Shown: positions 1-7,731 of the stretch, piece by piece | How the letters are laid out: every line of letters starts with the position of its first letter | How positions within the stretch are numbered: position 1 is the stretch's first letter | Source of the DNA: Acidimicrobiia bacterium | GTDB taxonomy: Bacteria > Actinomycetota > Acidimicrobiia > Spongiisociales > CAZKJJ01 | Assembly: GCA_046759765.1 (NCBI GenBank) | Contig: JBHICV010000006.1 | Location: 1-37,729, forward strand | Direction: 5' to 3' | DNA length: 37,729 nucleotides | The notes under the pieces: model-generated | What the model saw: the letters and a program-made list of their open reading frames with translations, nothing else | Database searches by the model: none | What the model was told of the DNA's origin: nothing | Translations under genes and position numbers: made by a program

Positions 1-252
1 GGCGTCCCGGGAGAGAGCCAGGATTGCCGTCGCCGGTAGTTCCGCCGCAAAGCCGTTGACCGCGTGCTCATAGACCGCGATCTGTCTCCCCGACGTGCCG
101 AGGAACTGGCTCAGCACGTCGCCTGGTGAATCCACATCCTCGTGGAGCTGGACGATGACCCGCATAAAGGGCCCCGGGGGTATTGCCTGCGCGGGTAGTG
201 CCGTGACTCCCGCCACGGCCAGCGCAACAAAAATAGCAAACGGGCGGCGCAC
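1..252 (-). CDS. Secreted S8 (subtilisin-like) peptidase, N-terminal part (signal peptide plus I9 propeptide); runs off the window
   Basis: Not in the ORF track. Manual translation from GTG at 252 gives MRRPFAIFVALAVAGVTALPAQA-IPPGPFMRVIVQL...YEHAVNGFAAELP...LSRD. It has an AQA signal cleavage site, an I9-like YxxxxxGFAAxL motif and a GAGGTG RBS upstream. The catalytic domain is not visible. Confidence 0.7.
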   Translation of the reverse strand, partial: MRRPFAIFVALAVAGVTALPAQAIPPGPFMRVIVQLHEDVDSPGDVLSQFLGTSGRQIAVYEHAVNGFAAELPATAILALSRDA

Positions 253-335
253 CAAATCACCTCACCCAACCGCCAAAAGTGATGGTAACTCGCGAAAAGT
301 GAGGGCGAAAGCGCGAATTTATTTCGCGTTCTAGA

Positions 336-382
336 TTTTGGTGACGCTCATCCACCGCATAGGTGAGTAGGCGTCACAGAAA
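336..382 (-). repeat. 47-bp imperfect palindromic (REP-like) element, copy 1
   Basis: Its reverse complement matches 17166-17212 at 42/47 positions. GTGACGC...GCGTCAC stem. Confidence 0.85.
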
Positions 383-390
383 CCGAGGGG

Positions 391-2465
391 TCAGGCGGCG
401 ACGAGCTCCCGTATCGCGTGAAGCACCCGTCGGTCGTCGATGAGAGCGTGCTGCTCGATTGCGAACTGCGGCCAAGGCGCGTCGGTGGCGGCGATTCTCC
501 GCACCGGTGCCTCGAGGGAGTAGCCCGCCTTCTCCGCAACGTATGCAGACACCTCTGCACCTACCCGCCGGTCTGCTGCGGCTCCTGGGCAAAGAGAAAG
601 CGGCCCGTCTTCTGCACGCTTCCGAGCACCGCCTCGGTGTCCCAGGGATAGACGGTCCTCAGGTCGATGACTTCGACCGAGATCCCTTCCGCAGCCGCCT
701 GCTCTGCCGCTCGGAAGGAAACGGGAACCATGCCGCCGTAGGTGACCAGCGTTACGTCGGTTCCGTCGCGACGTACCCGGGCCTTCCCGAAGGGGATGGT
801 GTAGTGCTCAACGGGCACGTCCTCCCGCTCGGCCCGGTAGAGGACTTTGGGCTCACAGAAGATCACCGGGTCCGAGCTCTCGAGGGCGGCCGCCAGCATT
901 CCCTTGGCGTCGTAGGGGGTGGAGGGCACTACGACGACGAGTCCAGGAGCATGTGTGAAGTAGGCCTCGGGACTGTCACAGTGATGTTCGTGGGCGCCGA
1001 TGCCGGGGCCGTTAGGGAACCGGACCACCACGGGCAGCTCCATGTGGCCACGCGTCCGAAATCGCATCCGCCCGAGATGGCTGACGATCTGGTCGAACGC
1101 CGGATAAACGAAGCCGTCGAACTGGATCTCCGCGATCGGCCTCCCACCGGCGGCTGCCATTCCGATGGCGGCGCCGACGATCCCCGATTCGTTTAGAGGG
1201 GTATCGATCACACGCTCGGCTCCGAACTCATCGAGGAGTCCCTCGGAGATGCGAAAGACTCCGCCCGCGATACCCACGTCCTCGCCGAGCAGCACGACAC
1301 TCGAGTCGCGCTCCATCGCTTGCCGAAGAGCGGCGTTGAGGGCCTCGGCCATCGTCCAAGACTTCGTCGGTCCGGTTGGGGTCTGCTCCTCGGCGATGGC
1401 CCACGTCTCGTCAGGCTGGAACTCAGTTTCTTCCTCGCCGAGGGCACGTTGAGCGTCGTGTAGCTGGTCGATCAGAAGTTGTGGGATTCGGTGGTAGGAG
1501 TGGCGGACGATGTCATCTCTGGTAGGCAGCGGGCGGCCCTCGATGTTGGTTATGGCCCGCTCGACCGTTTCGACTGCCTCGGCGGCTGTTTCCTCGTCCA
1601 GGCCGTCGGACCATAGAGCCTTGCTCTCTAGATAGGTGCGAAAGCGGCTGATGGGATCCTTCTCGCGCCACTCGTCCTCCTCTTCGGCAGTGCGATAGAG
1701 GCGGGCGTCGTCAGCGGTTCCGTGGGCTCCGTAGCGGTAGGTCATGAGCTCGACGAGCGTCGGTCCGCCGCCGCTCCTTGCCTTCTCGACTGCGTCGGCG
1801 GTGGCCTGATAGGTGGCCAGCACGTCCATACCATCAACCTGAATTCCTTCGAAGCCATAGGCGCCGGCCTTCTCGGCGATGGTCTCCGAGGCAGTCTGCA
1901 GCTCGTAGGGCACCGAGATCGCGTAGAGGTTGTTCTGACAGACGAAGACAGTGGGCGCTTTCCACACCCCGGCGAGGTTCATGGCCGAGTGGAAGTCGTT
2001 CTCTGAGGTGGCGCCGTCCCCGAAGTAGCTGAGCGTCACGGTGTCCTTTCCCTGGAGGCGGTCGGTGTAGGCGTGGCCCACGGCGTGAGGCAGATGGGTT
2101 GCGATCGGGACGGCGATGATCTGACAGCCGTATTCGTACGGATCCCAGGTGGCGTTGGGCAGCCCCCGCCAATAGGACAGAATCACCTCGGCCGGCATCC
2201 CGCGAGTTAGCTGGACCCCGTGCTCCCGGTATGAGGGGTAGATGAAATCCTGGGGCGCGGTGGCATAGGCCGATCCGACCTGGGCCGCCTCCTGGCCTTC
2301 CAGCATGGCGTAGGTGCCGAGGCGCCCCTGCCGCTGAAGAGCAAGCGCTCGCCGGTCGAAATGACGCGAAAGGACCATCAGCCGGTAGAGCTCGATCAGC
2401 TCCTTGGGGCTGAGGTCAGGCTCGGGTCCGACGACGTCGCCCTGCGGGTCGATGATCTGGAACAG
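391..2465 (-). CDS. Fused 2-oxoacid (pyruvate/branched-chain) dehydrogenase E1 alpha+beta, with a 1-nt frameshift at about 564-566
   Basis: Alpha motifs: GQEAAQVG, YREHG, the TPP motif GDGATSENDF..MN and YRYGAHGTADD. Beta motifs: GEDVGIAGGVFR, DTPLNESGIVG and EIQFDGF. The C-terminus VGAEVSA..LEAPVRRI..ELVAA* continues in another frame to the TGA at 391. The N-terminus stays open to a CTG at 2465 preceded by AAGGAG. Confidence 0.88.
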
Positions 2466-2592
2466 ACCAGCTCCTTTGTGCCGGAGTCTGCCAGAGACAG
2501 ACGGGGACGGCCCAACCGCGAGCCGCTGGTGGCGCCTGGGAAGGCCTAGATCGAAAGAGAGCTGCTGAAATCCGCTTTAGTTTCCGACGGTC

Positions 2593-3255
2593 ATGATTGA
2601 GATTGGCTCGGCACGTGACGCCTATCGCGCCTTCGTAGAAGACGTGGGTCCGCGTCTGCGATTGGCCCTCATCTCGGCCTTCGGCCCGGACATGGGAGCC
2701 AAGGCGACGGCCGACGCACTCGTCTGGGGTTGGGAACACTGGGAGCGGTTAGCTGCGATGGATACTCCAGCCGCACAGCTCTACCAAGTGGGGGAGCGCA
2801 AGATCCCTCGAATGCGGCGGCCACAGCTACCAGCGCCGCTCGTGAGTGCTCAGTCGATTCGACCGGCGCTTCCCCGGGCCCTGGAGCGGCTGACTGCTCA
2901 GCAGCGAGCCCTAGTGCTGTTGATGCACGGGTATGGGTGGACTCGGCGAGATGCTTCCGACACCTTGGGAATCAATCGGTCCCTCGCTCGGCGCTACCTA
3001 GACCAGGCCCTAGCTGACCTGCGAGAGGAGCTAGACCCAGGTCTAGACGTTGATCTTCTGCCCCAGATTCGGGCGTACGCCTCCGAGCTTGACGAGGCGG
3101 CAGCTCCGTTTGAGGAGCTACGCCCGCGCCTTCCGGTCCTGGTCGAGGCTCGCCGGCCGGCCGGACCGTCCGGCCGGTGGGCGCTTGCGATTACCGCCGT
3201 CGTCATCGTCCTTGGAGTGGTTGCCGCCGTCGCCTTGATGCTCGAGTTCCAATAG
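2593..3255 (+). CDS. ECF-type sigma-70 factor with a C-terminal extension ending in a transmembrane helix
   Basis: Region 2-like segment (AYRAFV..RLRLAL..ALVWGWEHW), region 4 HTH (ALERLTAQQRALVLLMHGYGWT..ASDTLGI) and a hydrophobic tail WALAITAVVIVLGVVAAVALM. Confidence 0.75.
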   Translation: MIEIGSARDAYRAFVEDVGPRLRLALISAFGPDMGAKATADALVWGWEHWERLAAMDTPAAQLYQVGERKIPRMRRPQLPAPLVSAQSIRPALPRALERLTAQQRALVLLMHGYGWTRRDASDTLGINRSLARRYLDQALADLREELDPGLDVDLLPQIRAYASELDEAAAPFEELRPRLPVLVEARRPAGPSGRWALAITAVVIVLGVVAAVALMLEFQ

Positions 3256-3317
3256 CCGAGCACATCGATCACGAGACGACGCTGGCCTTATTGTGAGCTG
3301 TGACGAGGGGAGTCCGA

Positions 3318-3837
3318 ATGCATAACGTAGACACGTCTGCGATCGCCGCGTCGGCTGAAGCGGCACCCTCTGATCCGAGCGAAGCCGAGCTAGCCGTTCA
3401 TCTGGAAGGCACCTGGAACGTGGATGCGAGCGAGGTTCAGTTCCAAGGAGACATCGACTTTCCGGAAGGACAAGTCACGCTCACCGCCGACTTTCCTCCT
3501 TTTCTTGGTGGCCGGGGCCGAGCACCGACACCGTTGGCCTATTGCTTCTACGGCGCCATGTGCTGCTACGGATCCACCTTCGCCACCCAGGCGGCTATGG
3601 CCGGGGTCCCCATCGAGGCGGACAATCGCGCTAGATCTCGGAGTCGATTTCCGTGCCGCGCTCGCTGTCGAGCAGGTCACCCCGCTATCCGAGTTTCGAT
3701 TCGAAGTCGAGATCCGTACCTCCGCCTCAGACGAGCAGGTTGCCGAAGTGAAGCGCCTGACCGACGAGCGATGCCCCGCTATCTGGGCGATGGACAACCC
3801 GGTGCCCTATTCGACGGTGGCGCGGAAGGTTGACTGA
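3318..3837 (+). CDS. OsmC/Ohr-family protein, frameshifted at about 3621
   Basis: ADFPPFLGGRGRAPTPLAY..G...CC lies in one frame. TIALDLGVDFR...ERCP, carrying the second Cys, lies in the adjacent frame. ATG at 3318 follows GGGGAG. Confidence 0.8.
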
Positions 3838-3841
3838 TCCA

Positions 3842-4234
3842 ATGGTGAGTCCCGCTAGACCAACGCTCCTTTACTCCGGGGGGTGAAAGTTCTGTCGAGG
3901 GGCGGCAAGGTTTGCAGCCCGCTTGGACACCGGCGAGGGGCTCGCCTTCGTCCCACTCGCCGATGACTTGGTACGGGACCTCCTGCCCGATATGACCGAG
4001 GAGAAGGCGCGCCAACATTGGCACCTGGTCATGCCTGATGGCTCGGATCTGGTCAAGGGCGAGGCCGGGATCACGCTGCTGGAGCTGCTGCCGCTGACGC
4101 GGTGGCTCGGCCATGTTCTCCGAGCGCTGAAGCTCCATCCGATCGTGGATGCCATCGACTGGTCGCTGGGTAAAGCTCGAACCAAGCTGGGCTGGTCGGC
4201 TGCGGATCTCCCTGGCCCCGAGCGGTATCCGTGA
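3842..4234 (+). CDS. DCC1/DUF393 thiol-disulfide oxidoreductase with in-frame TGA (candidate selenocysteine, UxxC)
   Basis: ATG at 3842 gives MVSPARPTLLYSGG-TGA-KFCRGAARFAARLDTGEGLAFVPL...WHLVMPDG..KGEAGITLLELLPLTRWLG. This matches the DUF393 pattern (L.YDG.C..C ... F.PL ... h.DG....G..A). The TGA is at 3884-3886. Confidence 0.8.
3900..3920 (+). promoter_or_regulatory. Candidate bacterial SECIS hairpin
   Basis: GGGCGGCAA-GGT-TTGCAGCCC has 8 of 9 stem positions paired. The G-initiated apical loop starts 22 nt after the TGA. Confidence 0.6.
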
Positions 4235-4242
4235 CGGGGCGG

Positions 4243-4271
4243 TTGCACTAACGAACGTTCGTTCGTAACAT
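4243..4271 (+). promoter_or_regulatory. SigA-type promoter of the paa operon with a TetR (PaaR-like) operator in the spacer
   Basis: TTGCAC (4243-4248), 17 nt, TAACAT (4266-4271). A perfect 14-bp palindrome AACGAACGTTCGTT lies at 4250-4263. Confidence 0.8.
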
Positions 4272-4278
4272 GTCTTCT

Positions 4279-5202
4279 ATGCAGACATGGCCCTCTCTCG
4301 CGGACTTCGAGGCGTTTCTCGACGCCGGGGGGATCGTGGAACCCGTCGACGAGATGCCGGATGAGTACCGGGATGAAGTGTTCCGGTTCATGGAGATGCA
4401 CGCCAACTCGGAGCTCATGGGCGGGCTCACTGAGCGGGACTTCATCCCGCGGGCTCCCGGCCTGCACCGCAAGCTGGCCACCCTCTCCAAGACCCAGGAC
4501 GAGATCGGTCATGCTCACCTCATCTACATGGTGGCGGCCGACCTCGGTATCAAGACCCGGGACGAGATGCTGGAAGATCTATACGAAGGGCGAACTCGCT
4601 TTCACAACGTCTTTCACTATCGCTGTGAGACCTGGGCCGACCAGGTCGCCATCGCTTACCTGGTCGACGCCGCCGCGCTGACCACCCAGCAGGCCGTTTT
4701 CAAGAAGTGTTCCTACGGCCCCTACAAGAGGATCCTTCGCCGGGTGATCGCCGAAGAGGGTTTCCATATGCGCCACGGCGAGGAGATGCTCCTCAGCCTG
4801 GCCTACGGCACCGCCCGCCAGCACCGGATGTTCCAGGAGGCGCTCGACCGCTGGTGGGAGCCGGTCATGCATTTCTTCGGGCCGCCGACCGCGAAAGACG
4901 ACAAGCTGCTCCGGTGGCACATCAAGTCAGAGCCCGCCGAGTCACTCCGCCATCGCTACGTACAGAAGTTCGTCCCGCTCTTGCTTGAGTACGGCTTCGA
5001 GGTTCCCGATCCCGATCTTCACTATGACGAGGCCGAACGCAGGTGGGTCATCGGCGAGATCGACTGGACCGCACTCAAGAAAACTCAGCAGAATGTCGGA
5101 CCCGACAGCGCCCGACGCATCGCTACCGCCCGGTCCGGGTGGGTCGACGCGGCCTGGGCCCGCCAGGCGCTCGACGCCGCCGCCGAGAGGCTGGCCGCAT
5201 GA
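4279..5202 (+). CDS. paaA: 1,2-phenylacetyl-CoA epoxidase subunit A
   Basis: HANSELMG, RAPGL.RK, KTQDEIGH, CSYGPY.R and EEGFHMRHG (di-iron EXXH motifs), then QEALDRWW. The start is set at ATG 4279 because ATG 4270 overlaps the -10 box. Confidence 0.93.
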   Translation: MQTWPSLADFEAFLDAGGIVEPVDEMPDEYRDEVFRFMEMHANSELMGGLTERDFIPRAPGLHRKLATLSKTQDEIGHAHLIYMVAADLGIKTRDEMLEDLYEGRTRFHNVFHYRCETWADQVAIAYLVDAAALTTQQAVFKKCSYGPYKRILRRVIAEEGFHMRHGEEMLLSLAYGTARQHRMFQEALDRWWEPVMHFFGPPTAKDDKLLRWHIKSEPAESLRHRYVQKFVPLLLEYGFEVPDPDLHYDEAERRWVIGEIDWTALKKTQQNVGPDSARRIATARSGWVDAAWARQALDAAAERLAA

Positions 5203-5669
5203 CAGTTGCAGCACCGACGCTGCTCGATCGGGTTCACACTGCGGTCGCCTCCGTTTGCGATCCCGAGTTTCCCAACGTCACCATCTCCCAGCTCGGAATC
5301 CTGGAGGACGTGAGTGCCTCAGACGACGGCCGGGTCGTGGTCGAACTTGTTCCCACCTTCCTAGGTTGCCCGGCCCTGGACATCATCGAGGCCGATGTTC
5401 GTAACGCAGCCGAGTCGGTTACGGGTGTTTCCGATGTCGAGGTGCGTTTCATGTCGGATCATGTGTGGACTCCCGATCGCATCTTGCCCGAGGGCCGCCG
5501 CAACCTGGCTGAGCTGACCATCGCGGTTCGCGACGACTCCCACGTCGCACTCTGCCCGGTATGCGGATCGAAGCATGTGGTGGAGAGATCCCCGTTCGGG
5601 CCAACGGCCTGCCGGGCCATTGCCTTTTGCGAGAACTGCCGGAACGCGGTGGAGGTGATCCGGCAGTGA
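5199..5669 (+). CDS. paaD: Phenylacetyl-CoA epoxidase subunit D (DUF59 plus Zn ribbon)
   Basis: V.DPEFP..I..LGI, PTFLGCPA, WTPDRI, CPVCGS, S.FGPTACRA..C..C. ATGA overlap with paaA. Confidence 0.92.
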   Translation: MTVAAPTLLDRVHTAVASVCDPEFPNVTISQLGILEDVSASDDGRVVVELVPTFLGCPALDIIEADVRNAAESVTGVSDVEVRFMSDHVWTPDRILPEGRRNLAELTIAVRDDSHVALCPVCGSKHVVERSPFGPTACRAIAFCENCRNAVEVIRQ

Positions 5670-6244
5670 CGACGAACGCACGCACTCGCAAAGAAGACGT
5701 CGTCCGTGCCGCCGGCCGGCTCTTCGCCGAGCGCGGCTTCCACGGCACTTCCATGCGGGATCTCGGCACCGAGCTGGGCCTGGAGGGATCTTCGCTCTAC
5801 TCACACATAGACGGCAAGAACGAGCTGCTGGTCGAGGTGATAACGCGCGGCGCGGCGATGTTTCAGGGCCTTGCCGACGCGGTTCTGGCGACAGACGACT
5901 CTCCCGAGCGCCAGTTGCGAGCCCTCATCGTCGGCCACGTACAGATCGTCGTTGACCACCTCGACGAGGCCCGGACGTTTCTGAACGAGGCCCGCTTCTT
6001 ACCGGAGCCCGAGCACTCGTCCGTGGTCGAGATGCGGCGCCGCTACCAGGGCGCATTCACCCAGGTCATCCAGGAAGGCTCCCGCGGGGGCATCTGGCGG
6101 CAAGGTCTCGATCCGCAGCTGGCGGCGATCTTTGTCCTCTCGGTACTCAACGCCCTTGACCGCTGGTATCGGCCGACGGGACGGCGCTCCCCGTCCGAGA
6201 TCGCGGCAGACATCTTCGACTTCGTTACGACCGGGTTGGCATGA
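5666..6244 (+). CDS. paaR: TetR-family regulator (PaaR/KstR2-like)
   Basis: AAGRLFAERGFHGTSMRDLG..LG...SLYSH..GK HTH and WYRP near the C-terminus. It is embedded in the paa operon by a GTGA overlap. Confidence 0.8.
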   Translation: MTTNARTRKEDVVRAAGRLFAERGFHGTSMRDLGTELGLEGSSLYSHIDGKNELLVEVITRGAAMFQGLADAVLATDDSPERQLRALIVGHVQIVVDHLDEARTFLNEARFLPEPEHSSVVEMRRRYQGAFTQVIQEGSRGGIWRQGLDPQLAAIFVLSVLNALDRWYRPTGRRSPSEIAADIFDFVTTGLA

Positions 6245-6519
6245 AGACGTATGAGGTCTTCCTGAAGAAGCCGGGCAAGTCGCCGTTCGAACACGCAGGC
6301 AGCTTCAAGGCCCCGGACCGTGAGATGGCGATGGTGCTGGCCCGCGAGACCTACACCCGCCGCGCGGAAGGGGAGCAGATGTGGCTGGTGGCCAGAGACG
6401 ACATCGTCGAGGTCGAATGGGAGTTCATCGAGCCGAACGCCGACAAACCTCACCGCACCAATGACGGGTCGATCGTGGCCGCGCTCCGTAAGCAGAGGCG
6501 CGAGGGGACCGACGAGTGA
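6241..6519 (+). CDS. paaB: Phenylacetyl-CoA epoxidase subunit B
   Basis: YEVF..HAGS..APD.EMA...ARETYTRR.EG..WLV...DK.HR. Confidence 0.92.
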   Translation: MKTYEVFLKKPGKSPFEHAGSFKAPDREMAMVLARETYTRRAEGEQMWLVARDDIVEVEWEFIEPNADKPHRTNDGSIVAALRKQRREGTDE

Positions 6520-7253
6520 CCGTCACTGCGGCGGCGTGGGAGCTCATCCTCGCTTTCGCCGACGACGAGCTGATCATGGGTCATCGCCATTCCGAGTGGC
6601 TCGGTGTCGCTCCCTACATGGAGGAGGACCTGGCCTTCGCCTCCATCGCCCAGGACGAGCTCGGACATGCCCGCGCTCTGTACGGCTTGTTGACCGACGA
6701 CCTCGATGCGCTGGCGTTCGGACGGCCGTCATCCGAGTATCGATCCTGTTGGCTGGTCGAGCTGCCGACGACGCTTTGGGAGGATGCTCTGGTTCGCCAC
6801 GTCCTGTACGACACGGCCGAGCGAATCCGGTGGGACGCGCTCCGCGAGTCGAGTGTCGAGGGCCTGTCTGGCGTCGCCGCCAAAGCCCTCCGAGAGGAGA
6901 GGTACCACCGACGCCACGCCTACTCAGTTCTCGAGCGGATGCTGGCCGGCACAAAAGAATCGAGAGAGCGAATCGAGGCTGCCCTAGCACGGGTGGTGCC
7001 GTTCGCCCGAGGCCTGTTCGAGCCGACGAAGGGTGAGCCCGAGGCGCTGGCTGAGGGCGTGATCTCTGATCCGGCTGAGGAGCTCGGGCGGCGATGGCGT
7101 GAGGAGGTCGAGCCGCTCTTCGGGCAGATGCAGGTCGATTGGTCGGCGGCATCCGGATCCGGCGGCCGCCAGGGCGTTCGCTCCGAGCACTTCCAGGGGC
7201 TCTTCGCCGTCATGACGGATGTTCTGGCTGCCGATCCCAGTGCCACCTGGTAG
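6516..7253 (+). CDS. paaC: Phenylacetyl-CoA epoxidase subunit C
   Basis: ADDELIMGHR.SEW...AP..EEDLA..SIAQDELGHAR, K...EE.YH, GGRQG..SEH and a C-terminal P.ATW. Confidence 0.92.
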   Translation: MTVTAAAWELILAFADDELIMGHRHSEWLGVAPYMEEDLAFASIAQDELGHARALYGLLTDDLDALAFGRPSSEYRSCWLVELPTTLWEDALVRHVLYDTAERIRWDALRESSVEGLSGVAAKALREERYHRRHAYSVLERMLAGTKESRERIEAALARVVPFARGLFEPTKGEPEALAEGVISDPAEELGRRWREEVEPLFGQMQVDWSAASGSGGRQGVRSEHFQGLFAVMTDVLAADPSATW

Positions 7254-7279
7254 CGCCCGGGACACCCCGACCGGGCGCT
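7252..7279 (+). terminator. GC-rich hairpin after paaC (terminator or stability element)
   Basis: AGCGCCCGG-N10-CCGGGCGCT forms a 9-bp stem with no U-tract. Confidence 0.4.
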
Positions 7280-7323
7280 CAGGGGACTGACTAGCTTCGT
7301 CAGCATCGGCGACAAGGAGCGTC

Positions 7324-7731
7324 ATGCCCAGCCTCGAGGAGTTTTGCCAGATCAAGGGATCACTGGGATTAAACGTGATCGGTAACGGCCCGGCAGGAAT
7401 GCGGATCGACTTTCCCTTCGAAGGGACCGCTACCTCATCTCACTGGGAAGGGGAGCTACCGGTAGTGGGCACCGATTACGCCACCGTTCGAGGCGACGGA
7501 AACATGAATCTCGACATCCACGGCGTAATTGGTGAGGGCCGCGAGAAGATCGGTTACAAGGCGACGGGAGTGAGCATCGCGGTGGACAAGGACACCGCCC
7601 ATCCCCAGGAGCTCATGTTGTTCGAAACCCAGCGCGAGGACCTGGCTTTCCTGAACACGTCGCTCGGTGTGGCCCTCGGCACTGGCGGCGGTGGGAACCT
7701 CGAGATCACCGTCTATCTGGTCAAACCCTGA
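7324..7731 (+). CDS. Hypothetical beta-rich protein, DUF3237-like
   Basis: AAGGAG RBS. The pattern IG.GP.G.R..F..G...G.DY..VR.DG...LD....FET....LA.LN resembles DUF3237. Confidence 0.6.
   Translation: MPSLEEFCQIKGSLGLNVIGNGPAGMRIDFPFEGTATSSHWEGELPVVGTDYATVRGDGNMNLDIHGVIGEGREKIGYKATGVSIAVDKDTAHPQELMLFETQREDLAFLNTSLGVALGTGGGGNLEITVYLVKP

Noticed and set aside
3923..4234. The ORF-track 103-aa version of the DCC1 gene
   Set aside because: It lacks the redox motif, and the family-like sequence continues upstream through the TGA.
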